A model generated the notes under the pieces. The model did not search any database, was not told the DNA's origin, and was given only the letters and a program-made list of their open reading frames with translations. The translations under genes and the position numbers were made by a program. Of a stretch of 64,000 nucleotides of DNA, positions 25,470 through 34,650 are shown in pieces; positions within the stretch are counted from its first letter, which is position 1; each line of letters starts with the position of its first letter. Source of the DNA: a virus (Duplodnaviria > Caudoviricetes); IMG/VR virus record IMGVR_UViG_3300002220_000003, positions 1-64,000 of that record; one strand, given 5' to 3'.

Positions 25470-26156
25470 CTATTTAGGTTCATCAAAATTAACAACCTTA
25501 TGCAGCTGAATGTTTAAAACCATTTTGGGGCTTGAAAACTCCATCATCCATCTCAATAAATCGGCCGCAAAATGACACTTTTTATCAGCATCAAACACGG
25601 GAGAAAAGGCGAAAAGGGCCAAACAACCCAGCCCTTCTAAAATACCCATTATCTTAACCGCCCTGTCAAAATCGGCCCGATCTGCAATAACAAACTTAAC
25701 AAAATCACTCGGCAAAAGATTGTAAAAAACTTCAGGATCCATCATTGCGCCCTGCCCTGACGACGGCAATTTATAATCAACAATGAATTTTGTCCCCGGC
25801 CACCTTGATCTTGCAGGCTTGAATTTTATCGATCCATTTGTCTCGATTGTTATCTGTCGATGCAGATTACTCAGCCTGCTACATAATCTCCATACCAAAT
25901 CTTGCTGAAGAAAAGGTTCGCCGCCTGTGATTGTAACTTTGCCGATTCCCCGATAAGAAACAATAGTATCAATTATCGAATCAATCGACATATCTTTGCC
26001 ATCGTTTAATCCTGCGGCATACTGGGTATCGCAATATTTACATTGAAGATTGCATCCGGCCAGCCGGACAAAAACAGTTAATCGTCCTTGATAAAAATGA
26101 TTAACCTCTCCATCGATACTCGGAAAAATACTATACACTCTCAAATATTTTTTCAT
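25470..26156 (-). CDS. queE: 7-carboxy-7-deazaguanine synthase (radical SAM)
   Basis: IF.SIDGE, FVRLAGCNLQCKYCDT, TITGGEP, IETNGS, VDYKLPSS, QLHK. Confidence 0.94.
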   Translation of the reverse strand: MKKYLRVYSIFPSIDGEVNHFYQGRLTVFVRLAGCNLQCKYCDTQYAAGLNDGKDMSIDSIIDTIVSYRGIGKVTITGGEPFLQQDLVWRLCSRLSNLHRQITIETNGSIKFKPARSRWPGTKFIVDYKLPSSGQGAMMDPEVFYNLLPSDFVKFVIADRADFDRAVKIMGILEGLGCLALFAFSPVFDADKKCHFAADLLRWMMEFSSPKMVLNIQLHKVVNFDEPK

Positions 26157-26186
26157 TTCTCCTTCTCCCCTCTCTTCTATTTTTTG

Positions 26187-26378
26187 TTATTCTTTTTTTA
26201 CCTCTCTCCATACAATAGGGATTTCCTGCGGCTCTACTACCAATATCTTCTCCCAAATAGAAACCTCTATATTTAGATGTTTGCATATCCTTTCAGCTTC
26301 CATCTTTGCATCCGAAATATTTTCATATGCACGTCTCTCTATTCCCCCTTGTTGATAAGATATAAGATATTCCTTCAT
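26187..26378 (-). CDS. Hypothetical protein
   Basis: 63-aa ORF between queD and queE. Confidence 0.5.
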   Translation of the reverse strand: MKEYLISYQQGGIERRAYENISDAKMEAERICKHLNIEVSIWEKILVVEPQEIPIVWREVKKE

Positions 26379-26759
26379 CTACCCCTCCCTTTCAAAAATG
26401 GCGCAGGCCCCTTCCGTCTCCCATACCTTAACCCTAAAAAGATGTGTTCGCATCAATTCAGATTTCGACATTAAAACATCAAAAATCCACTCGACCATAT
26501 TCTCGGCGGTCGGATTCTCAAGCCCGGGAATGCCATTGAGAAGTTTATGATCAAGCTCATCAATGATGAACATATTTACCAGTTGTTTTAGCTTGCCAAA
26601 ATCAAGTATCATGCCTTGAGCAGGTCCCCGATCTTGCTTCTTGCCAATTAATGTAATCTCAATTTTATACGCATGTCCATGAAGATGCTTGCATTTACCT
26701 TCATGATTAGGTAAAAAATGAGCAGCCTCCAAAGTAAACATCTTGCTGATCGTCAACAT
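26379..26759 (-). CDS. queD: 6-carboxy-5,6,7,8-tetrahydropterin synthase
   Basis: FTLEAAHFL..H.GKC..LHGH.Y, DFG.LK, LDH..LN, NPTAEN, WET. Confidence 0.95.
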   Translation of the reverse strand: MLTISKMFTLEAAHFLPNHEGKCKHLHGHAYKIEITLIGKKQDRGPAQGMILDFGKLKQLVNMFIIDELDHKLLNGIPGLENPTAENMVEWIFDVLMSKSELMRTHLFRVKVWETEGACAIFEREG

Positions 26760-26768
26760 ATTCTCCTC

Positions 26769-28361
26769 CTATTTTTTCTTTTTTATTTTTGTCCTTCCAT
26801 AAAATCGCTTGTATGTTTTCGGACAATATTCTGCGTCAAGATACGGTTGACCAATAGCTAATGATTGTAAAATCATTACCTTGTTAAGAAGATTAAAATC
26901 GTCATGACGATAAGCCATAATATTAACCCTCATCACACCAGCCAACTTTTCTCTTCTTGTCTGATTGAGGCCCATATACAAATCAACATGAGCCATCTTT
27001 CGAATATCCTCCGAAGTATCCTCTTCATCAAGATTTTCTTTCATAAATGATGCTCTGCCAGACTGGCTAACCGTCGCAACAAGACAATGTTTTTGTTTTG
27101 CTAATCTCTTACCTTTTTTCCATCGTGCATCAATTTGCCCTCTTTGATCCAATGATCCGGGCTCATCTCCCATAATATCAAAATAATCAACAATCACAAC
27201 ATCGGCAACAAATCCCTCCTGATATTCAAGCCCCTCAATATCTGATATGATTTGATCAAAGTTTGCACCAAAAGGAGGATAAGAAATAACACGCAGATTA
27301 TCTTGAAACATACGGTGATAGGAATCTATTTTATCAAGAACCAATTCCGGAGTTAATTTCTTTGCCTGATGAATATCATACCAAACGGCAGGAATATAAT
27401 CAGGCCGGCGCAATCGTCGACAATAAGTACAAGGTAAATACTTATCTATCATCAATGGATCATACGATGCAATATATACATCTTCATTATCATCATCTTC
27501 GAATCTGAGTTTGGTTTGATTAATCCTTTCTGGTAAAATACAATCTCCGGTCTGATTACTCAGACAATCAAAAACAGGAATAATAATTGGACCTTCTTTT
27601 TTAGCACCGGCCGTCAGACGAGAAAAAATTCTTTTTCTCAATTCCCTATCTGACATTTCAAGGGAGATATAACTAACCTTAAATCCATTTGTTAATGCCT
27701 CAAAACAAATATCTTCCTGTATCCGATAACTCTTGCCCCTTTTTGCAGGCCCCATATTTGCAACCAGCCAGCCTCGCTTCAAAGGATCCCCCACCAATTC
27801 ACCAAGAAGCCCGGGAAGTTTGAATAAATTGTCCGCCTCATCCTCTTCAAATGCTTTATATACCCCTTTGGGGTCAAGAGGATTAATCCATTTGCTTGTT
27901 GTTGATAAGACATGACCAAAATTTTGAACCAATTCTGTTGCTTTGTCTTCCCGTCCCTTAGAAATAAAATCGTCAACCTGATCGACCAACATCAATAAAT
28001 TTTTTGATTGACAAAATTTCTTTGTCCTATCAACCAAATATTGAGTATTAAATGTTGAAGGATCAACATCGGTATACCTCTCAGAGATATCATTCAATAA
28101 CACTTCTATTAAATCAGATTCCTCTTGTTTTAGTTTTACTTTTTCTTCATCAAAAATCCCGGCAATATCTCTAAATGGGGCGATCTGATAATTGTTGTAA
28201 TATTTGATTATCCACGATACTACCCGGCGAAGATATCCAGAGGTAAAATGCTCCGCCTTGAGCATTCTCGCAAGAACCTCTTTTCCAAATCGAGTATCAA
28301 TAATCAAACCTATTACAATATCTTTTTCGACATCATTGGACATGTTCATTCTCTGATACAT
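26769..28361 (-). CDS. dnaB: Replicative SF4 helicase (DnaB-like) with a Cys4 insertion
   Basis: Walker A GPAKRGKS, YISLEMS, Walker B VVIVDY, TVSQ, SEDIRKMAHVD. Confidence 0.82.
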   Translation of the reverse strand: MYQRMNMSNDVEKDIVIGLIIDTRFGKEVLARMLKAEHFTSGYLRRVVSWIIKYYNNYQIAPFRDIAGIFDEEKVKLKQEESDLIEVLLNDISERYTDVDPSTFNTQYLVDRTKKFCQSKNLLMLVDQVDDFISKGREDKATELVQNFGHVLSTTSKWINPLDPKGVYKAFEEDEADNLFKLPGLLGELVGDPLKRGWLVANMGPAKRGKSYRIQEDICFEALTNGFKVSYISLEMSDRELRKRIFSRLTAGAKKEGPIIIPVFDCLSNQTGDCILPERINQTKLRFEDDDNEDVYIASYDPLMIDKYLPCTYCRRLRRPDYIPAVWYDIHQAKKLTPELVLDKIDSYHRMFQDNLRVISYPPFGANFDQIISDIEGLEYQEGFVADVVIVDYFDIMGDEPGSLDQRGQIDARWKKGKRLAKQKHCLVATVSQSGRASFMKENLDEEDTSEDIRKMAHVDLYMGLNQTRREKLAGVMRVNIMAYRHDDFNLLNKVMILQSLAIGQPYLDAEYCPKTYKRFYGRTKIKKKK

Positions 28362-28400
28362 TCTTCCCCCTGACCTACCTTATCAAAAGATTATATCCTA

Positions 28401-29564
28401 TCAATAAAGAAACAAGCCTTTTTTTACCATATATAAATGTACCCTGCGTGCAAACATTGCATCTGAAGCAAGCCATGCAGTTGTAACTATTTTTGGATCC
28501 GAATTTCCTAATGAATCTTTAAGGGCGGGAAATAAATATCTCGCGACAAATGCAACGGGGTCATCACTGATAATATCGTATCTATTTTTATTCACATCCA
28601 ACCAATCATTAAGTTTATGTGCAGCCTTACGAAAATTATTTTCATCTGCAACCGTAGGAGTCCCGATATAATATGGGCTTTCGTTCCACAGTCGTTTTAT
28701 CTTTGCAGTCGTATCCGGACAATCATTTTCTATTGTCACAACATATTTATCAATCAAATAATCCAGCCCGTTAAGACATTCATCAAACCATGATACTATA
28801 TCGGCAATAATGTTATTCTTATTTGATTTAATTTTTGCCTTTGTAAAATCATCAAACTTAAAAAACCTATTCATACCAACATAATGTCCTGATATATTTT
28901 TATCGAGTCGAGATGGTTTGCGTGACCACAAACTATGATAATTTCCCATAGAGTCAGCAATCTCGTCCTGAGTATATCCTCTTTTTAACGACAGGTCTAT
29001 CGCATTTATTACTATCTCACAGGCTTTTGATCTTGTCTCTTTTGTCTTTGGTAAAATATCCCCGAGCAAATTATTCCAATAATCCAACAGCTCTTTTGTC
29101 TCTTTTGGATAAACACAATTTTGATACAAAATACCGGAAGGTGCGTGAGCACCTCCTATTTCTTTAGAAATAGGATTATTATATATTATATTTATATCTC
29201 CTAAAAAAGAAGAGAGGGTCTCCTTTTGTTTAGGAGAGGGGGGCATCGATATTTTATTATTGTATTGATCAATAAGATATGTGTATTTTTCCCGATGACC
29301 TTCAACCATTCTGATCTGTCTCATATTATTTTTATCATAGCTTGTCGTGATATATCCATGATCCACCAATCTATTAATTCCATTTGTAACGCTTGATGTA
29401 GAGAGATCAAGGTGATCCTCGAAATATTTGTTGGTGGCCCAACAACCCTTCTCCTGATCTTGCAGGCTTTGAATTAGCCAATATAAAAAGCAATCATTCT
29501 TTGTTAATTTAGGATTATAGAAAACCTCAATAGGGATTATGATATATGTAATTTTTGGTTTCAT
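28401..29564 (-). CDS. Replication initiator/organiser-like protein (N-terminal winged HTH)
   Basis: IIP......KLT..D..LY..I, CWATNKYF..HL..S..SV...I..L...GYI; lies between primase and helicase. Confidence 0.65.
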   Translation of the reverse strand: MKPKITYIIIPIEVFYNPKLTKNDCFLYWLIQSLQDQEKGCWATNKYFEDHLDLSTSSVTNGINRLVDHGYITTSYDKNNMRQIRMVEGHREKYTYLIDQYNNKISMPPSPKQKETLSSFLGDINIIYNNPISKEIGGAHAPSGILYQNCVYPKETKELLDYWNNLLGDILPKTKETRSKACEIVINAIDLSLKRGYTQDEIADSMGNYHSLWSRKPSRLDKNISGHYVGMNRFFKFDDFTKAKIKSNKNNIIADIVSWFDECLNGLDYLIDKYVVTIENDCPDTTAKIKRLWNESPYYIGTPTVADENNFRKAAHKLNDWLDVNKNRYDIISDDPVAFVARYLFPALKDSLGNSDPKIVTTAWLASDAMFARRVHLYMVKKGLFLY

Positions 29565-29571
29565 TATTCTC

Positions 29572-30513
29572 TCACCCCAATAATTCTCTCATTAAAATTC
29601 TTGCAGAGTCCTGTGATAGATCAGCAGGATCACCCTTGTCGAGTAAAATAATCTCCGTAGACATCAAAACCGATAAATCACGGGCAACCCGTTTCGCCTT
29701 AATAAATGCATCAGGATCATATAGTACAAATAATTTTTTGATACCCCTCTTAACCAATAATAATTTTTGTTGAGATGTTAAATTGGAGGTAAATGATCCG
29801 ATGGATCCCGGCCCCAATCGCCAGACATCAGTAACACCTTCTACCAATACCGCTTGCCTGCCGGCATTATCGATATTATATAAAGTATGCTTGACGGGTA
29901 TGATTGCTTCGGATTCCGGACAATCGATATAGGGAATAGTCGCCTGATTTGTGATATCTCTGGTTAAATATGATACGAGTTTACCATCTAAAAAACAGGG
30001 AATAATAAGCCTTCCCCGATATTGTCCGATATTATAGACCGCTCTCAAATGATATTCTTTTTGCAATTTATCAGGATCAAACCTCCGGGAAGTAAGATAT
30101 TGTCGATGCATTGTAGGCAGGATATTTGTAGATTCCCGGGGTAAATAGCAGGCTTTATGCCCTGTATTTTCAATTTGTATAGGGTTATACTGCGATTTTC
30201 TATCTGCCCCCCTGTCATTATATAGATCAGGATCAAAAAGCGTCGTATATGCCGTTTTTATCGCCTTCGCCTGCGACCATGAGCAATCTTCGATCTGACG
30301 GATCAGTTTAGTAATTGATCCTTTTTCGGAGCATATCCAGCAAGAAAAAAGGTCTGTCGCCCGATTGATTCCCAAATGCTTTGATGAATCCGAGCAACCG
30401 GGAAAAGGACAGGCTATACCTATCCATCCCTTACCAACATTTTTCCCGCCTTTGTCATACTTAATACCTTTATCTTCAAGATATCGTATGGCATCAAAAA
30501 AATCAGTTTTAAT
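29572..30513 (-). CDS. dnaG: DNA primase (zinc-binding domain plus TOPRIM), probable AUU start
   Basis: Frame is open upstream of the track ORF to ATT at 30513, restoring the CPF..C..H...CW.C zinc finger. Also RLIIP, LYNID, LVEGVTDV, YDPD, DPAD. Confidence 0.85.
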   Translation of the reverse strand: MKTDFFDAIRYLEDKGIKYDKGGKNVGKGWIGIACPFPGCSDSSKHLGINRATDLFSCWICSEKGSITKLIRQIEDCSWSQAKAIKTAYTTLFDPDLYNDRGADRKSQYNPIQIENTGHKACYLPRESTNILPTMHRQYLTSRRFDPDKLQKEYHLRAVYNIGQYRGRLIIPCFLDGKLVSYLTRDITNQATIPYIDCPESEAIIPVKHTLYNIDNAGRQAVLVEGVTDVWRLGPGSIGSFTSNLTSQQKLLLVKRGIKKLFVLYDPDAFIKAKRVARDLSVLMSTEIILLDKGDPADLSQDSARILMRELLG

Positions 30514-30956
30514 TACTTGTCCTCCCCAAGGAAATATGAAGCCATAACTCGTTCAAAATAATATCTGGCTCCGCCGGAGTAGCCCTGCAATGCCCGGCGA
30601 AGATCACCCTTTGCCCATTCATGATGTTTTGCCAGAATGTATTTCCCGGCGGTCTTGTTTTTTTCCGGATGAAATAAATCCCTATAAGAGTATATCCCAA
30701 ATTGCCTTAATTCTTTTTTCCAAACCGAATATCTAATCTGCATGAGACCATAGGCCCCTTTTTTACTGACGGCCTTATGATCTCCCTCCGATTCAATATT
30801 TATGATGGCCCGTATGAGTTTTGGATCATCGATCATCGGAAGTTTATAGGTCGATCTGATATAGATGTATTCCGATATCGATATTCCTTTACAAATCCAC
30901 CCTCCAATAAATCCTATTACAAAAAATAAAATCAACCCTAAAAATATTTTTTTCAT
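30513..30956 (-). CDS. Membrane-anchored lytic transglycosylase (SLT domain)
   Basis: N-terminal TM, AIINIESEG, S.KGAYGLMQI, N...G..IL, AL..YSGG. Start re-called at 30956. Confidence 0.85.
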   Translation of the reverse strand: MKKIFLGLILFFVIGFIGGWICKGISISEYIYIRSTYKLPMIDDPKLIRAIINIESEGDHKAVSKKGAYGLMQIRYSVWKKELRQFGIYSYRDLFHPEKNKTAGKYILAKHHEWAKGDLRRALQGYSGGARYYFERVMASYFLGEDK

Positions 30957-30964
30957 AATTCCTC

Positions 30965-31147
30965 CTATTTGGCAAAAACCACTTTGCCATTCAATGTCGT
31001 TTCCCGACCTGAAATAGTGTTCCTTATGATCATGATTTTTGGTAATTGACATTTATTCCTGAAGATCAGATTATACTCATTATCAACATAATGCAAAACA
31101 CCCCTTGCATCCATTTTTGATTCTATTCTTTTTCTCCATATAATCAT
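30965..31147 (-). CDS. Hypothetical protein (60 aa)
   Basis: SD GAGGAGG before ATG at 31147. Confidence 0.5.
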   Translation of the reverse strand: MIIWRKRIESKMDARGVLHYVDNEYNLIFRNKCQLPKIMIIRNTISGRETTLNGKVVFAK

Positions 31148-31161
31148 AATTACCTCCTCAT

Positions 31162-31240
31162 AAAAAGGCGGCCCCTCTCTTTCCGGGGGGGGTGTGGAAA
31201 GAAAATCACAATGGGGGGTTGTGATTGAGGGGCCGCTTTT
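31162..31240 (-). ncRNA. Intergenic three-way-junction RNA with two C-rich loops followed by a U tract
   Basis: Outer stem GCGGCCCCTC/GAGGGGCCGC; inner stems AATCACAA/TTGTGATT and TCTTTCC/GGAAAGA. Confidence 0.6.
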
Positions 31241-31241
31241 A

Positions 31242-32612
31242 TTAAACACCTTTCATTGTCCATTTATTATTAACATATACCTGCAACCTCATCACAGTAT
31301 GATAATTAAGATATTTGTAAATGTCAATAAAATCTTTGATGATAACCTTATTTTTTGTCTCGGTAGCCCTGAGTCCACGACCAATATTTTGTAATACCGA
31401 TATCTCTGATTTACCCCCGGCCGCATTAATAACACAATCAAGTGATCGAATATTAACTCCTTCTTTCCAAACGGTTGATGCAATAATACATTTTTTATCC
31501 TTTGACTCCAATGCCTCTTTAAGAAGCAGCCGATCTTGTTTATCTGTCCCTGACCAAACAAAATCAATAGGTAGATCCAAAATCTCCGCCATCTTGAGAA
31601 GATTTTTTGCGTGTTCGACCTCTTTGACCAATATCAATACAGATCGCCCTTGAGATATTTCCGTCAAAGCCTCCGTTATAATAAGCCTGTTGCGTATTCG
31701 ATTATTGATAATTGCCTCATTGTATATATCCCGATACTTTGTTAAATTAAAAATGGAAGTATCTTCCGGAACATTGATCCAATGAATTTCAGGCTTAGAA
31801 AGAACGCCCGCTTTAATGCCTTGATCAACAGTAAATTCACCTATCATCGGCCCGAGATATCCTTCAAGAATTAAACTTTTCGCGCCGTCAATCTGATCTG
31901 TCGCCGTCAATCCGATCCTAATCGGAGCAAGACTTGTCTCAAGTATTTTTGCATATGTGCCATTTCTTGATGTTACATGATGACATTCATCGATAATGAT
32001 CGTAGTAAAGGTAAAAAGAAAGTCTTTCCAGTCTGATATTTTCGACCAAGTCTGAATTAAGGCAATAACTACCGCGTTTTCAGACAGGGTCTCGATTTTT
32101 TTATTACCCGCACCAATTTCCACAACATCGAATCCTAATTTTCTAAACTCATCGGCCGTCTGCTGAAGAAGGTCGATCGTATGACAAAGCATTAATGTCC
32201 TGCCAGAAATCATCGAATGAATTGCGGCGGCAAGCAAGGTTTTTCCTGTGCCTGTTGCAGATTTAAGATATCCTCTATGTAGGCAAGACACCCCTTTTAG
32301 CAATTCTATTTGATCACTACGGAGGGTAATCCCCGGTAAATCAGGTTCCCGGAAAGACGCATCAGAATTAAATCCACTTAACTCATACGATATTCCCTGA
32401 CGATCAAGATCCTTACATACCCTTTGTAAAAACCCTGTAAGGAAAGTTCCTATCCTTCTATCAAGAAATGATCGATCTTGCATGATTTTTTCTTTTGCAT
32501 ATCTCCCTTCGATCCACCGGGGCGATTGATAAGCAAGTATTGCCGCAACGATAGGATAATCTTTTTTGTTTGCTACCCTGCAATAAATAGGGTCTAAAAT
32601 TTCTATTTTCAT
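31242..32612 (-). CDS. SF2 DExH helicase (UvsW/XPB-like)
   Basis: LRSDQ, SATGTGKT, IIDECHH, GLTAT, EGVNI, QNIGRGLR. ATGA-coupled start at 32612. Confidence 0.92.
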   Translation of the reverse strand: MKIEILDPIYCRVANKKDYPIVAAILAYQSPRWIEGRYAKEKIMQDRSFLDRRIGTFLTGFLQRVCKDLDRQGISYELSGFNSDASFREPDLPGITLRSDQIELLKGVSCLHRGYLKSATGTGKTLLAAAIHSMISGRTLMLCHTIDLLQQTADEFRKLGFDVVEIGAGNKKIETLSENAVVIALIQTWSKISDWKDFLFTFTTIIIDECHHVTSRNGTYAKILETSLAPIRIGLTATDQIDGAKSLILEGYLGPMIGEFTVDQGIKAGVLSKPEIHWINVPEDTSIFNLTKYRDIYNEAIINNRIRNRLIITEALTEISQGRSVLILVKEVEHAKNLLKMAEILDLPIDFVWSGTDKQDRLLLKEALESKDKKCIIASTVWKEGVNIRSLDCVINAAGGKSEISVLQNIGRGLRATETKNKVIIKDFIDIYKYLNYHTVMRLQVYVNNKWTMKGV

Positions 32613-32998
32613 GACCTGATAAATTGCCTTATTTCCTTCATGACAATATTGATCGTCCTTTGATCTCCTTCCCACTGCCGTTTAAGATATTTAGTAATTT
32701 TGGGGAGAGTCAATCGATCCGTTGCGGATTGTTTCATTGATCGCCTTCTTGTACCAAGGATATCATAAAGGACCTCGGCCGGACAATTAACAATCAATTC
32801 GATCACCTGCTTTGTCTCTTCCCTGAGTAATTCCCACTTTTCCTTTTTAAGAAGGATCTGTTCAGGATTCATAGGGCCGTAAGATGACATATCAACAATG
32901 TCTTCCGCAAATTCCGGATTCTCGATCCTTTCAAAAGATAGATAATTGTCCGGGTTGGCCGCCTGAATAGCCGCCAGATAAAACCATTCATTCTTCAT
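32609..32998 (-). CDS. Hypothetical protein, possibly a transcription regulator
   Basis: 129 aa; NPEQILLKKE resembles a sigma-factor region 3-4 linker, which is weak evidence. Confidence 0.45.
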   Translation of the reverse strand: MKNEWFYLAAIQAANPDNYLSFERIENPEFAEDIVDMSSYGPMNPEQILLKKEKWELLREETKQVIELIVNCPAEVLYDILGTRRRSMKQSATDRLTLPKITKYLKRQWEGDQRTINIVMKEIRQFIRS

Positions 32999-33374
32999 TG
33001 TCGCCCCCTATTATATTATATCGTATATTCAATCCATTAATCATGTGATTTAGAAGTTTGCCGCTTTTGCATTTTTTACACGCATCATGATATTCGCCAA
33101 AGGTACATTCTTTTGTCTGGCGATGCAAACAATTTTCAAGAAAAATCACCTGATTAAATTCCGAGCAATAAAAGACCTGTCCTAAATCGAAATGCCTACA
33201 TGCAGGAGTATCATCAAGAATCCATCTATCGGCCGGTTCGCAATAATACCCCTTGATTCTATCATGATTCATTCTGGCATCTCTAAAGCAAATACAAAAT
33301 TTGCAATGGATCCCCGTCCATGGCCTATCCTTTTTTACATCATCTCGATCTACTACGACCTTTTCTTTTTTCAT
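32988..33374 (-). CDS. Cys-rich hypothetical protein
   Basis: CKFCICF, CEP, CRHF, CSE, CLH and CKKC in 128 aa. Confidence 0.55.
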   Translation of the reverse strand: MKKEKVVVDRDDVKKDRPWTGIHCKFCICFRDARMNHDRIKGYYCEPADRWILDDTPACRHFDLGQVFYCSEFNQVIFLENCLHRQTKECTFGEYHDACKKCKSGKLLNHMINGLNIRYNIIGGDNEE

Positions 33375-33585
33375 TCTTCCCCCTCTTCTTTGAAGAAGCT
33401 AATATTGCCGTAGCCCGTTTGATTCTCAGCTCTCGACAATAGTCTTCAAGAATATAAGATGATATCGCTGTCCCGGTTCGAAATCCCGCCTTCTTTGCTT
33501 CATCTGCAAGAAGGGCAGCATCGTCACGGGTAATCCATGCTCCCTGCACTACCTTATTGATCTTTGCCTTTATCAATTTCATCAC
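33340..33585 (-). CDS. Ribbon-helix-helix-like DNA-binding protein
   Basis: VQGAWITRDDAALLADEAKKAG...ISSYILE. Confidence 0.55.
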   Translation of the reverse strand: MMKLIKAKINKVVQGAWITRDDAALLADEAKKAGFRTGTAISSYILEDYCRELRIKRATAILASSKKRGKNEKRKGRSRSR

Positions 33586-33647
33586 CTCCTTGTTTAAGGT
33601 CTTTAAATATTTTAAAAGATACCGCTAAAAAAATCAAGCATTTTTTA

Positions 33648-34592
33648 TCATTCATATAAAGGAATGATTTTATCGCGCCAGTTATTTGCCACAAATCGAA
33701 GAAGGTCTTTATGCACTCCCTCGTCTTGTTTTGCCTGATTAAAAAGATCATCAAGACGATACTCATTGACATTCTTGATAATAAGATCATGAATTACCCG
33801 TGGATCCAATGCATCTAATTCCCAACTTTCTTCTCCATACTGCTCAAGATATTTTTGAAATCTTGAATCTGTCACTTTGGCTGGATTTGGAGGAGGATTA
33901 TATTGATCAATTTGATCTTGATTAAGAGCAACCCTTTTAAAGGTCAGGCTGTCTTGTTCCTCTCCCATAAACAGGCATAACCTCTCTTCGATATCTCTCG
34001 ACATATCAATTCCCGAAGGATCGTGATCACCAAAATGTAGGAGAAGGATCTGTTGTCCTGATCGCGAATATTCCTTGAATCTCATACCCGCCTGCCACAT
34101 CGCCGTTTGGCTGGTATATCCTCTGCATGAAAAATAACTGATATCCAATTGCCGGGCAGCTTTGCCGACAACTCCCTCAAGAGCATCCTTTTCAACCCAT
34201 ACCTCAATTCGATATGGTTGACTTTCCCACTTATCGATTTGAAATTGTTCGGCGCAGGCATTAACGATATCAATAGGTGAATCCCAATGGGGATTTTTAA
34301 GCAGCTCCCGGGTTCGATCTTCAAGGGCAAACCAGTCTATATATCCCCCGAGTCTCGCATCATTTATGATCTTGCCGAGCTTCATATAGCTTTTTTGATT
34401 ATTTGTGCTACCCGTTTGTTTATCGGCCCATGATGCAGGCAAAAGATCCCGGGCAACAAACTGATAATAAAGCTGCCGTAAGGTCAAGGCATATCCCTGT
34501 CGGATATATTCATTTATAATCGCCTCCGCCTGATCGACAATTATTTTCTTTTTTGGGGTCATCGAAATTTCCTGATATTGTATTTTCGGCAT
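33648..34592 (-). CDS. Topoisomerase VI-A/Spo11/JetD-like protein (winged helix plus TOPRIM)
   Basis: LTLRQLYYQFV, EVWVEKDAL, RGY.S, FGDHDPSG.DM, ALN.DQI, WELDAL.P. Confidence 0.75.
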   Translation of the reverse strand: MPKIQYQEISMTPKKKIIVDQAEAIINEYIRQGYALTLRQLYYQFVARDLLPASWADKQTGSTNNQKSYMKLGKIINDARLGGYIDWFALEDRTRELLKNPHWDSPIDIVNACAEQFQIDKWESQPYRIEVWVEKDALEGVVGKAARQLDISYFSCRGYTSQTAMWQAGMRFKEYSRSGQQILLLHFGDHDPSGIDMSRDIEERLCLFMGEEQDSLTFKRVALNQDQIDQYNPPPNPAKVTDSRFQKYLEQYGEESWELDALDPRVIHDLIIKNVNEYRLDDLFNQAKQDEGVHKDLLRFVANNWRDKIIPLYE

Positions 34593-34611
34593 TATTTTTT
34601 TCCTCCATTAA

Positions 34612-34641
34612 TAATAAAAGGGGCCGGGATCGCCGGCCCCT
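34612..34641 (-). terminator. Rho-independent terminator
   Basis: GGGGCCGG-CGATC-CCGGCCCC followed by TTTTATT on the minus strand. Confidence 0.8.
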
Positions 34642-34650
34642 AATCATCTA

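Noticed and set aside
29572-30375. Truncated or pseudogenised primase
   Set aside because: The reading frame continues uninterrupted to 30513 and restores the zinc finger; only the start codon is non-canonical.
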